Virus record (IMG/VR): IMGVR_UViG_3300032214_000855
Span: 7,354 to 71,353 of that record
Source of the DNA: a virus
Lineage: Duplodnaviria; Caudoviricetes
Reading direction: 5' to 3' (one strand)
Length of the DNA: 64,000 nt
A program made the position numbers and the translations under genes. Position 1 is the stretch's first letter; every line of letters starts with the position of its first letter. Positions 47,977 to 56,097 of the stretch are shown piece after piece. The notes beneath the pieces were generated by a model. That model saw nothing but the letters and a program-made list of their open reading frames with translations. It did no database searches and was not told where the DNA came from.

Positions 47977-48168
47977 CAGTTCTCTTTTAAGTTCTTGTTT
48001 AAGTTGTTCTCTCTCTTGTTTTTTTCTCATTTGAGATTGACGTGCTTGTGCTTGTGCCTTTGCTCTTTCTTTGAAACGCTGCATCTGGTCTAATTGTCTT
48101 TGTCGCAGTTGTTTTTTTCTTTGCTCCAGTCTATTTACATCTTCATTAAATTGAGTAAAGGTTTTCAT
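47965..48168 (-). CDS. putative internal head protein, CTS-like N-terminus, coiled-coil
   Basis: MKTFTQFNED..; late promoter ATAAATA at 48187-93. Confidence 0.6.
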   Translation of the reverse strand: MKTFTQFNEDVNRLEQRKKQLRQRQLDQMQRFKERAKAQAQARQSQMRKKQEREQLKQELKRELMDG

Positions 48169-48213
48169 TGTTAAACACTTTTTGATTATTTATTTTGTAA
48201 AAGTGTTTTGCAT

Positions 48214-48239
48214 AAAAAAAGGTGCCTCGGGAGCACCTT
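48214..48239 (-). terminator. rho-independent terminator
   Basis: Minus strand AAGGTGC-TCCCGAG-GCACC followed by T7, after ORF 48260-48937. Confidence 0.75.
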
Positions 48240-48259
48240 GGGACAGTTTGGGAAGTGGT

Positions 48260-48937
48260 TTAAGAAGGTCTTAAATGTTCTCCAGTTCCGTGCCCAACTG
48301 CATCTTTACCATAATATTGTATTCTCAATCTTCTATCTTTTCTTTCTTTTGCTTTTTGTTTTGTTTTCTCAACATTCTTTGGAGATTTTTTCATATTCTC
48401 TTCAACAATACTCTCTCTCCACTCTTCACTCATATTTGATGCAATGACTTCTGCACCTTTAAGATTATTTGTATATCCTTCATTTACAAGATGATAGAGA
48501 ATGAAATCAAACTCTTCTTTATTGAGTGCTGCTGCTCTTTTTCTTGCTTTATTACCTCTACCTTGTTCGGGAGCACTTCCTGCAGTATGTGTAGCACCAT
48601 ACTTACTATAACCAGCTTTCAAATAGCGATTATGTGCTTCTCTTGATTTATCAGCAACTTTTTTGGTATATATGGAACCACCATATTTCTCTTCATCTCT
48701 TTCTGCTCTTGCACGACTACGATTGAGAATTTGTCTCTTTGCAGAAGTATCAGATTTTTCTGGTCCAACATTATATCTTTGACGTAGAACTTCACCTCTA
48801 CTCATTGGTTTTGGTGCTTCTGCTTCTTTCTTTTTTCTACCAAGAAATCTCTTCAATGAAGAACGGATACCTTCATCAATAGTATGAACTTCTTGGTACG
48901 ATTGAATGTCTCTAGAATCCATTTGTTTTTTAAGCAC
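48260..48937 (-). CDS. basic late protein with LVNEGY..MSEEW module
   Basis: Perfect TATAAATA at 48946-53; K/R-rich; FILYHLVNEGYTNNLKGAEVIASNMSEEWRESIVEE; likely start MDSRDIQ at 48922. Confidence 0.65.
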   Translation of the reverse strand: MLKKQMDSRDIQSYQEVHTIDEGIRSSLKRFLGRKKKEAEAPKPMSRGEVLRQRYNVGPEKSDTSAKRQILNRSRARAERDEEKYGGSIYTKKVADKSREAHNRYLKAGYSKYGATHTAGSAPEQGRGNKARKRAAALNKEEFDFILYHLVNEGYTNNLKGAEVIASNMSEEWRESIVEENMKKSPKNVEKTKQKAKERKDRRLRIQYYGKDAVGHGTGEHLRPS

Positions 48938-48954
48938 TATGAGAATATTTATAT

Positions 48955-49197
48955 TTACTCATATTCAAATGGTTTATTCATATGCCTTGGATATTCAATA
49001 CTGCACTTAATATCTTTAGTTTCTGCTGGGATTATATGAGTTCTTACTGCATTAAAGACAATAAAACAGTTAGTGATGAAGATAGAAAGAAACATAAGAG
49101 TGCGGATAATTGCTACTTTATCCGCCTCTTTGTTGCATTCACTTGCCTTTTCCCCTAAAGAAAGTGCCCAGAGTTTCCAGAGATTACTCCTCTTCAT
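48955..49197 (-). CDS. hypothetical membrane protein
   Basis: WALSLGEKA..DKVAIIRTLMFLSIFITNCFIV. Confidence 0.65.
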   Translation of the reverse strand: MKRSNLWKLWALSLGEKASECNKEADKVAIIRTLMFLSIFITNCFIVFNAVRTHIIPAETKDIKCSIEYPRHMNKPFEYE

Positions 49198-49429
49198 AGA
49201 TTGATTTGCGAGACTTAACGTAGTTTAATTCACCCCATTGATTTTGATAACAAATTACAAGTAATCTGTTATTTGCGTGAAATGGAGCATCTAAAAGATT
49301 TATATTATCTTTAGGTTTAACTCTAGTCTCAATAGTAAGATATTCAGTATCTTTATAGTAAATCCACCCTTTGATATGGGGTTTCCAAATCACATAGTCG
49401 TTGATTTCTGGATTGTATTGATAATTCAT
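49184..49429 (-). CDS. hypothetical protein
   Basis: 81 aa. Confidence 0.65.
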   Translation of the reverse strand: MNYQYNPEINDYVIWKPHIKGWIYYKDTEYLTIETRVKPKDNINLLDAPFHANNRLLVICYQNQWGELNYVKSRKSIYEEE

Positions 49430-49436
49430 TATTGGT

Positions 49437-50243
49437 TTAATGTGGTTTTATTCTACCAAGAACCCAGTTATTACCTGGACATTCTACGCTTCTTTTGTTT
49501 ATTTGTCCATCATTCCACCATTTTGTATTTTTATGTAGAGGAGGCAAGTGTCCCTTTTCTTTTAATGATTTACTAATTCTTTTTTTATGTTCTATATTAA
49601 GAATTTTTCCTTTGCGTGATGGTGGTTTGTGCCCTATATCCTTAAGTGCTTTACTTACCTTTTTCTTATGGTCTTCACTGCATTTTTTACCCTTATTATG
49701 GGCAGGTTTCCCTTTCATTGCTCTACTAATGTTTATTTTATGTTCTTCTTTTAATTTTATTCCAAGTTTTTTTTCGCTCATTTTTCTTTTGGCGTCTTCA
49801 CTCATTATTTTTCCTTTTTTTGCCTTTCGCATTTTTAGTATAGTTTCCTCACCATGCACTCTACCTTTTAGTGAAGATCCAATTTTTCTTTTTGTTTCTT
49901 TGCTAAGTTTTTTGCCTCTATGCGATTCACTTAATTTTCTTTTAGTTTCCAAACTTTTGATAGAACCACTAGACCCCTCACCACCATCAGTCCTATTTCT
50001 TAATATACCAGTTCCTAAATCTTTTCTACCAAATACCGAAATCATATAAATTTCATGTTTAAATGATTCCTCTTCGGTAAGATTTCGTTTTAGAAAGATT
50101 ATTCTGGATTTGTTTTTTGGAGGTTTTACTTCTCCTTTACCTTTTTTACACGCTCTATTTCCTTCCCCTTTACCTATGTAATAGGGTGTTTTATCCTCAC
50201 GCAAATATGCATAGGTATAAAATCTATATGGACTTTTAACCAT
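49437..50243 (-). mobile_element. free-standing GIY-YIG homing endonuclease with NUMOD3-like repeats
   Basis: FYTYAYLREDKTPYYIGKG, LRNRTDGGEG, repeated SxETKRKLSESHRG/HNKGKKCSEDHK units, terminal KWWNDG..GNNWVLGRI. Confidence 0.85.
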
Positions 50244-50253
50244 AGTTCTGCTC

Positions 50254-50348
50254 TTAAATTGACTAGCAATAATATTTATATTACAAAAGAGAGGATTTCT
50301 CCTCTCCCACCCTTAAAGATGCTAGTCAATTAAGGCATCATTATTTAT
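50254..50348 (-). promoter_or_regulatory. dual late-promoter / inverted-repeat leader of the endonuclease
   Basis: Late promoters at 50342-48 and 50273-80; complementary elements 50320-33 and 50254-68; hairpin plus T4 at 50285-50306. Confidence 0.65.
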
Positions 50349-50517
50349 CATACTTCATATTCCTTTTCAACACACAAAAGAGAAATTAGTGTTTTGAGTT
50401 TTGCAATTTCTTCTTCTTGGTCTTTGATTTTATCTTGAAGACGACTGATTTGTGCTTGATATTGAGTTTTCAAATCAAAGATCATTTTGTTTGTGTGTGC
50501 AACGTGATGTGTCATAA

Positions 50518-50757
50518 TCAGGTGGTAAAGGATTCAACAACAGTGGATTCTACATCTTCGGCAAGAGCATAAGTTCTTGCATTAACTACTTTTTCCCGAA
50601 GATTTACATAAAACTCTTCATTGAATCCCTCATCATAATCTTTAATCAAATCAAAACATTCATCGTCATCTTCTGCAATCACGTTCCAAACTCCTCCATA
50701 TTCTGAACGTGGAAAAGTTACGAAGTGATCTACGATATAAAGAAATTTTTGTGTCAT
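50518..50757 (-). CDS. hypothetical protein
   Basis: 79 aa; FPRSEYGGVWNVIAEDDDECFDLI. Confidence 0.7.
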   Translation of the reverse strand: MTQKFLYIVDHFVTFPRSEYGGVWNVIAEDDDECFDLIKDYDEGFNEEFYVNLREKVVNARTYALAEDVESTVVESFTT

Positions 50758-50781
50758 TAACCTCGTTTGCTTAACAAAAAT

Positions 50782-50810
50782 AGTATAAAGTTTCTCTGAT
50801 AAAAAGTCAA
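50782..50810 (-). promoter_or_regulatory. sigma70-type promoter TTGACT-N17-TATACT
   Basis: agtcaa 50805-10 and agtata 50782-87 on + strand. Confidence 0.7.
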
Positions 50811-50967
50811 TTGATTTTATCAGAGGGTTTTTTCTTTAGATTCTCTACTGATGTAGAATGATAATAAGAATCATAAAGTTGTTCATCTCGTTGAATTAGA
50901 AAGACATTCCACCCAAGAATAAATGCAAATACAGTCAATCCAGAGATGACATACTTACGATTTCGGT

Positions 50968-51375
50968 TCATTTGTTCATCTGAAGTGTAGGAACAGGCAT
51001 ACCACCCTCAGTGGGAACATAAATGGTCACATTACCATTCTTGCTACCATCTTCAATGCCAGTGATATACAGATACTGAAGATACTCACGATTATCTTTC
51101 AGTGAATTACCAATGATTTGGTTTGCTTTGGCAACACCTTGAGCACGGATGATTTCAGCATCAGCAAGTTGTTGTGCAGAATCTTTCTTTGCTTGTGCTT
51201 CCAGAACTGCTACCTGACGAGTATATTCTGCTTTCTGCAGTTCTGCTTTACCAGCAAGAGATTGTTGCCATACGTTGTATTGGGGACCACCAATAAAGAT
51301 GAGACCACCAACTACAGTAATGGCAATGGCAAACAGAGCAACACCAGGGTCAATAAATCCGTTTTGATTTTTCAT
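50968..51375 (-). CDS. membrane protein with SPFH/band-7-like coiled-coil tail
   Basis: N-terminal TM, then AELQKAE..EAQAKKDSA..AEIIRAQGVAKANQIIGNSL..YLQYLYI..IYVPTEGGMP. Confidence 0.6.
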   Translation of the reverse strand: MKNQNGFIDPGVALFAIAITVVGGLIFIGGPQYNVWQQSLAGKAELQKAEYTRQVAVLEAQAKKDSAQQLADAEIIRAQGVAKANQIIGNSLKDNREYLQYLYITGIEDGSKNGNVTIYVPTEGGMPVPTLQMNK

Positions 51376-51563
51376 TTAGAAGATACTCCAGTATTTTTGA
51401 AAATAAGATTAGCAAGAAAGATCATAGCAAAAGTTTGCCAGATCGTAAGATTAACACCAAACCAAGATAGGATCAAACCAAGCAACCACGCTTCAAAAAG
51501 AAGTCCAGCAACAACGAGGACAATTACACCAAAAGTAACACCAATAGCAGTAGTAGTTTTCAT
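51372..51563 (-). CDS. small two-TM membrane protein
   Basis: 63 aa, almost entirely hydrophobic. Confidence 0.7.
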   Translation of the reverse strand: MKTTTAIGVTFGVIVLVVAGLLFEAWLLGLILSWFGVNLTIWQTFAMIFLANLIFKNTGVSSK

Positions 51564-51875
51564 AATTAATTTTCAAAGTTGTGATAGAGTTTTTCTTCAA
51601 GTTTTTTCAACCGATTTTCATATTCTTTATTCGGTTGATGTAAAGCATAGTTAAACAGGAGAGCAGTTACCAATCCTCCAAGATACCATAAAATAAACGT
51701 CATACGGGAAGTTCTGCAAGAGACTTTCCCCTCTTATGATCGTTTATATATTTTTTTGCAGATGCTTCAGTTCTGCATAATTTTTCAAGTTGTTGTCCAT
51801 TATGGATAATAATATATCCCTTTGTACCAAAAGGGACGGCAGCATAAGAACCATCCCCCACAATAAATCCTTCCA

Positions 51876-52094
51876 TTAAATACTCTGCAATGTTCCTTCC
51901 TTTTTCATTTGAGAAATAAACTTACCCACACTCTCAACAGTTTTGATGTGAAGACGAACATAGTCTAGGTCTTCGCAACCAAAAATATAAAAGTGATCTG
52001 GTTTATAAGTATATGCTACACCAACTTGACTTTGCTCATCATCAAACTGAATCTTTGCAATAGCAGAAGAATCAGTGAACTCAAGGACTTCCAT
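51876..52094 (-). CDS. KTSC-like domain protein
   Basis: DSSAIAKIQFDDEQSQVGVAY..YIF..ESVGKFI. Confidence 0.55.
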   Translation of the reverse strand: MEVLEFTDSSAIAKIQFDDEQSQVGVAYTYKPDHFYIFGCEDLDYVRLHIKTVESVGKFISQMKKEGTLQSI

Positions 52095-52117
52095 TGTTCT
52101 CTTTCGATTACCTAGTA

Positions 52118-52176
52118 ATCATAGCACGGGATCGGTGCCCTGGGTGAGGTCAGTGGTCAGTTCGCCAACTGGTTCT
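52118..52176 (-). promoter_or_regulatory. palindrome-box promoter
   Basis: TGC-TATGAT -10 plus GTGGTCAG-N8-CTGGTTCT at 52153-76. Confidence 0.65.
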
Positions 52177-52332
52177 TCAGTGTATTTAAGTGGTCTTCAC
52201 TGCATATTTTTGCAGTAAATCCTGGATAAAACTTATTTACAAGAGTGCTAATACCCATAGCAGTAATAGCACTCTCGCATCTTAACCAAATTTCTTTTTC
52301 TTGTACTTTTACTATATGATCAAAAGGAAATT

Positions 52333-52491
52333 TCATTCTTTAACTATAAATTTGTACCAAGTTTCACTCATTCCTTCAATAATCTTATCTGCAGATTCTT
52401 TATCCTCTGCATAACCTTCTGAAATTAAATCCTCTACAACACTCTCGTAGATTTTATAAGTTTCCTGCAATTCTCTTGGTGTTGGTTTCAT
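52333..52491 (-). CDS. small protein with LISEGY..MSETW module (52 aa)
   Basis: Manual translation MKPTPRELQETYKIYESVVEDLISEGYAEDKESADKIIEGMSETWYKFIVKE; late promoter at 52510-16. Confidence 0.6.
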   Translation of the reverse strand: MKPTPRELQETYKIYESVVEDLISEGYAEDKESADKIIEGMSETWYKFIVKE

Positions 52492-52511
52492 TTGACTACT
52501 TTTTCTTTTAT

Positions 52512-52712
52512 TTATTTATTTTTTCTATCTCTAGCATACCATTTACACCAACCATCGGGAGAAATTTTACCTTTCACAGAGGTGCAAGCATTTGGTTCTC
52601 TCCACATATTGCAGTTAGAACACTTTTCACTTCCTTTTGGTTCATTTTGATATTTTGCAACTGCTTTAGATGCTTTCTCTTCTTCAAAGAGAAACTCTTG
52701 AAAGGTTTTCAC
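52512..52712 (-). CDS. HiPIP-type [4Fe-4S] protein with CTS-like N-terminus
   Basis: MKTFQEFLFEEE + KASKAVAKYQNEPKGSEKCSNCNMW..ACTSVKGKISPDGWCKWY (C31-x2-C34-x8-C43-x12-C56). Confidence 0.75.
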   Translation of the reverse strand: MKTFQEFLFEEEKASKAVAKYQNEPKGSEKCSNCNMWREPNACTSVKGKISPDGWCKWYARDRKNK

Positions 52713-52715
52713 TTA

Positions 52716-53333
52716 TCAATCCTCGTCGTCTTCGTCGTTATGTACTGGATGAAATTTCTTTCCAATTTTTGTCGAATACTGCTTACCCCAACTATCTACT
52801 TTTCCAAACCCAGACTTCTTATAAATTGATGCTCTTGTATTTTTATCGGGGTTTCTTCTATTATCACTTGAGTTCTCTTCTGGTTCATTAGATACCAGAT
52901 GCCCACTAGGAATTCTATGTTGGACGTGCTTATCCCAAACCCTCTTTGCGTTCCTTGCAGTTCTTAACTTTTCACCTGGACTCATCTTATCTTGGTCATT
53001 AGACTTACTATGTTCCCACCTAACATTATGTTCGGGTTTGTGTCCGTGTGCGGTTCTTGCTTTCCCACCTAATTTGGCATCATACATATGTTCGTATTCA
53101 TCATCAGAACTATGCCTTTTAGAATGACCAACAGTATAAGTAACTCCAGAAGGTTTATGATGAATAGTCGTAGATCCTCTTCTGTCAGTATTTTGGTCTT
53201 TTCCTCTTGGTCGGTCATACTTAACTTCTAGGTCAGGATGCTTTGACCTATCAAATCCGTGCGAGTCATCATACTGCTTTTTCTTTTCTAGAAGAAAATA
53301 TGCTTCTTCTAGAAATTTTTGAAAAGATTTCAT
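52716..53333 (-). CDS. putative internal head protein (CTS-like), weak GNAT-like C-terminus
   Basis: MKSFQKFLEEAYFLLE..; C-terminal NTRASIYKKSGFG. Confidence 0.6.
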   Translation of the reverse strand: MKSFQKFLEEAYFLLEKKKQYDDSHGFDRSKHPDLEVKYDRPRGKDQNTDRRGSTTIHHKPSGVTYTVGHSKRHSSDDEYEHMYDAKLGGKARTAHGHKPEHNVRWEHSKSNDQDKMSPGEKLRTARNAKRVWDKHVQHRIPSGHLVSNEPEENSSDNRRNPDKNTRASIYKKSGFGKVDSWGKQYSTKIGKKFHPVHNDEDDED

Positions 53334-53791
53334 CTTTGTCCGCCACCAGTTGAACGTGCTTTTTGTGCTCTTCTCAATGCAACCCTTTGTGCTGGTGATG
53401 GACCGGCACTAAATGGTCTTACTCTTTCTCCTTCTGGAGTTTTCTCCATTTTTTGCTTTTCTAGTTTTCCAACACCTCTCAATCTTCCAGGTGCTGCTGC
53501 TCCAGAACCTCCACCACCTTGTGCGTGTCTAGCAGCACCGGGCATTCTAGTAGCATATGGTTGTGTTTCTCTATCAATCATCCCCTGCTTCATTCTACCA
53601 GTTGATGCTCTAAGTGATAGAGATTTTCTTGTTGATTTCTTAACTTCCGAACGACCAGTTTCAGGGTTCTTCACAACTCTACCTGAAGTTGTGGTTACGT
53701 GGAGAGGAGTTTTCGTTTCTCCTTTAACTTTATCCTCTTTACGCATCTCAACGAGGTATGCTTCTTCTAGGAACTCTCTAAAGGTTTTCAT
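53330..53791 (-). CDS. putative internal head protein (CTS-like), R/K/G-rich
   Basis: MKTFREFLEEAYLVE..; late promoter at 53812-18. Confidence 0.6.
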   Translation of the reverse strand: MKTFREFLEEAYLVEMRKEDKVKGETKTPLHVTTTSGRVVKNPETGRSEVKKSTRKSLSLRASTGRMKQGMIDRETQPYATRMPGAARHAQGGGGSGAAAPGRLRGVGKLEKQKMEKTPEGERVRPFSAGPSPAQRVALRRAQKARSTGGGQR

Positions 53792-53810
53792 TTACTTACA
53801 GGGTTTTCTT

Positions 53811-54929
53811 TTATTTATTTATTCCCTTTTCTTTTCTCAATCTTCTCCTCTGTGCCGCAGCAAGTAAATCTTTGTGAGAAATTGAACCGGAATATAACTC
53901 CTTTGTTTTTCCTTCTAGTTCGTGTGCTCCACCTGCTCTATGTCTAATTCCTCTCTTACTGTGCTTTTCTGGTGTTTTATCAGTTGTTGCACCCATTAGA
54001 TTTTTTGGATGGTGTCCGTGATAGATTCCACTCGCAGCATCTTTTTTCTTTTTTGCTTCCCATTCAGCATCACTCATAGATGACTTAATCTTTGCAGAAT
54101 AATGTGTTGGAGTAATATGATGTGCGTCAAGACCTGCCTTATGAAGTTTTCTCTTCTTGGCGTCTGCTGCTGACCTTTCTGAATGAGAACTTAAACTTGC
54201 AATTCTTTCTGCTCTTGCTTTTTTCTCTTGAGCACCACCAGACTTTGGTTTTAGTCTCCATTTTGGATTTTCTGTGCTACCAGCATTGTTTGCATACATT
54301 CCTGCTGGAATTCCTTTGTGGTGCTTTTCTAATTCAGCACGACTTGAAAATGTTGGTTGTTTTGCTTCAATTAAATGTGCTTCTTCTAAGAACTTTTTGA
54401 AAGTCTTCATTTTTGAAGACTGAATATCTTCTTTATTGAAGATTTTACTTACTGCTCTAACTGGTCTTTCAAATGCTTGACGAACTGCTGGAGTTGGTCC
54501 AGTTTTTATCATTCTGGGACTAAATGCTTTATGTGGTCTCCATCCCTTTACACCAGTTTCACCCTTCTTAAAAGATGTGTCAGTCCTAGTAAGTTGCTTT
54601 CTATCATCATCCATCAATTCTTTCCAGGATGCTTTGTTCTCATTAGGAACTCTTTCATTTCTTCCTTTGTTCCACCATTTTTTTAGACGTTTGGATTCGG
54701 AAAAATTTTTCTTTTTACGATTACGTGCTGGTTCTGATACTCTTGCACTATCTAAATTTCTATTTGCTTCCTTTCTCTTTCTCATCAGTTCTCCCATTAA
54801 AGGGAGACTTGGTGCTGCAGTTTTACCCGAAGTTACTAATGACTCCGGAGATTGTGTAGCATTAGCAGCAAATGAAAGTGCCAAAACTGCATTTGCTGCT
54901 GCGTCTCTTTTTCTACCTTCAGAAAGCAT
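53811..54929 (-). CDS. basic late protein with internal CTS-like motif and HNH-like C-terminus
   Basis: Late promoter 54953-59; internal MKTFKKFLEEAHLIE at 54410; DAHHITP..HGHHPKNLM..RH..AH. Confidence 0.6.
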   Translation of the reverse strand: MLSEGRKRDAAANAVLALSFAANATQSPESLVTSGKTAAPSLPLMGELMRKRKEANRNLDSARVSEPARNRKKKNFSESKRLKKWWNKGRNERVPNENKASWKELMDDDRKQLTRTDTSFKKGETGVKGWRPHKAFSPRMIKTGPTPAVRQAFERPVRAVSKIFNKEDIQSSKMKTFKKFLEEAHLIEAKQPTFSSRAELEKHHKGIPAGMYANNAGSTENPKWRLKPKSGGAQEKKARAERIASLSSHSERSAADAKKRKLHKAGLDAHHITPTHYSAKIKSSMSDAEWEAKKKKDAASGIYHGHHPKNLMGATTDKTPEKHSKRGIRHRAGGAHELEGKTKELYSGSISHKDLLAAAQRRRLRKEKGINK

Positions 54930-55214
54930 TTATCTACAAAAATACCTTCTGTTATTTATCACCCTCCCCTTTCTCTCAGACTGCGGACAAGATATTCAGT
55001 AAATGCTTCCATTTTTTCTGGGGATACTGATTGTGGAAGTTGATTGATTGCATTTTTAAGCGCAGTCATTTCATTAAACTCATCTTCAGTAAGAGTTTGA
55101 TTTTTAGATGGAAGGGTCATACTATTTTGCTCCCGTGTTTATGTTCAAATCCTAACATTATTTAAGGTAGTTGGGAGATTCCTTAATATTGTCTTTAGAG
55201 TATAGTTACAAAAC

Positions 55215-55466
55215 TTAACTAAAGAACGTTCCGAAGGATCCTTTGTCATCACCAAAACCTTTCATCCTACTTTCCAACTTATCCAAAAGTTGGTCAGTCT
55301 TAATCAAACTATCAATCCGACAAATCATCTCGGAGATCTCACGACTTACAAAAGGTTTTTCCTGTCTTGCAGAATACGCAAGAGCATTGCGCAGACTTGC
55401 TTCTGCTTCTTTCAAACTAGATTCAACTGATTCACTCAATGCCATTTCAACATTCCTCCATTCCAA
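55215..55466 (-). CDS. hypothetical protein
   Basis: 83 aa; probable start MALSESVE. Confidence 0.7.
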   Translation of the reverse strand: MEWRNVEMALSESVESSLKEAEASLRNALAYSARQEKPFVSREISEMICRIDSLIKTDQLLDKLESRMKGFGDDKGSFGTFFS

Positions 55467-56097
55467 CAGGTTTAATTACTTTTTTAATTTCAAAACTACC
55501 ATCACCCCGGTCAATCCAGTATAACTGGTCTCCGTTTTTCCAATTTACTTGTTCCAACAAATCGTCAGGAAGTTGAATGAAATAATCATCAACACCCTCT
55601 TCAATTATCTGTTGAACAGGAAGAATCCATTTAGTTACTTTGTCTTTCTCTGATGCTGCTTTATCACACATCGCATTCAGTTCTTCTTCAGAATAGCGAA
55701 GTGCTTCCATATCACTATGTCCCCAAGGAGGCATAACATCCTCTACTTTTTTAGTGTGTTTGGAATGTTCTTCAGGATAATAATTTTCTTCCCAGAAATC
55801 GTTCCACGCTTTTTGACACTTGGGAGACTTATCATCTTTATCGCATACAAGATTTTCCTTTTTCTCAACATACTCATCGTATGCTGGAATATGCCCCTTT
55901 CCATTACCATTCAGAAGTGCCAGAAGTTCATAACATCTTTCCGTATGATTTTTATAAATGTGATAGTTCTCATTCACCACACGTTTAATTACATCATAAA
56001 TCTCCTGCGGTGTTGCTTCACTGCAGGAGAGTGCATCGTGCATCCAGTTCTCTAGATTTTCAAGAGAATACTTTTTGTAGTCCATAATTAAAACCAA
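55447..56097 (-). CDS. multi-module protein with C-terminal AbrB/MazE-like domain
   Basis: C-terminal WILPVQQ..DYFIQLPDDLLEQVNWKNGDQLYWIDRGDGSFEIKKV. Confidence 0.6.
   Translation of the reverse strand: MVLIMDYKKYSLENLENWMHDALSCSEATPQEIYDVIKRVVNENYHIYKNHTERCYELLALLNGNGKGHIPAYDEYVEKKENLVCDKDDKSPKCQKAWNDFWEENYYPEEHSKHTKKVEDVMPPWGHSDMEALRYSEEELNAMCDKAASEKDKVTKWILPVQQIIEEGVDDYFIQLPDDLLEQVNWKNGDQLYWIDRGDGSFEIKKVIKPVGMEEC

Noticed and set aside
48239-48262. Additional palindrome box TGGGACAG-TTTGGGAA-GTGGTTTA
   Set aside because: No -10 hexamer at the expected 41.5-bp distance and it abuts a terminator; probably a decayed copy
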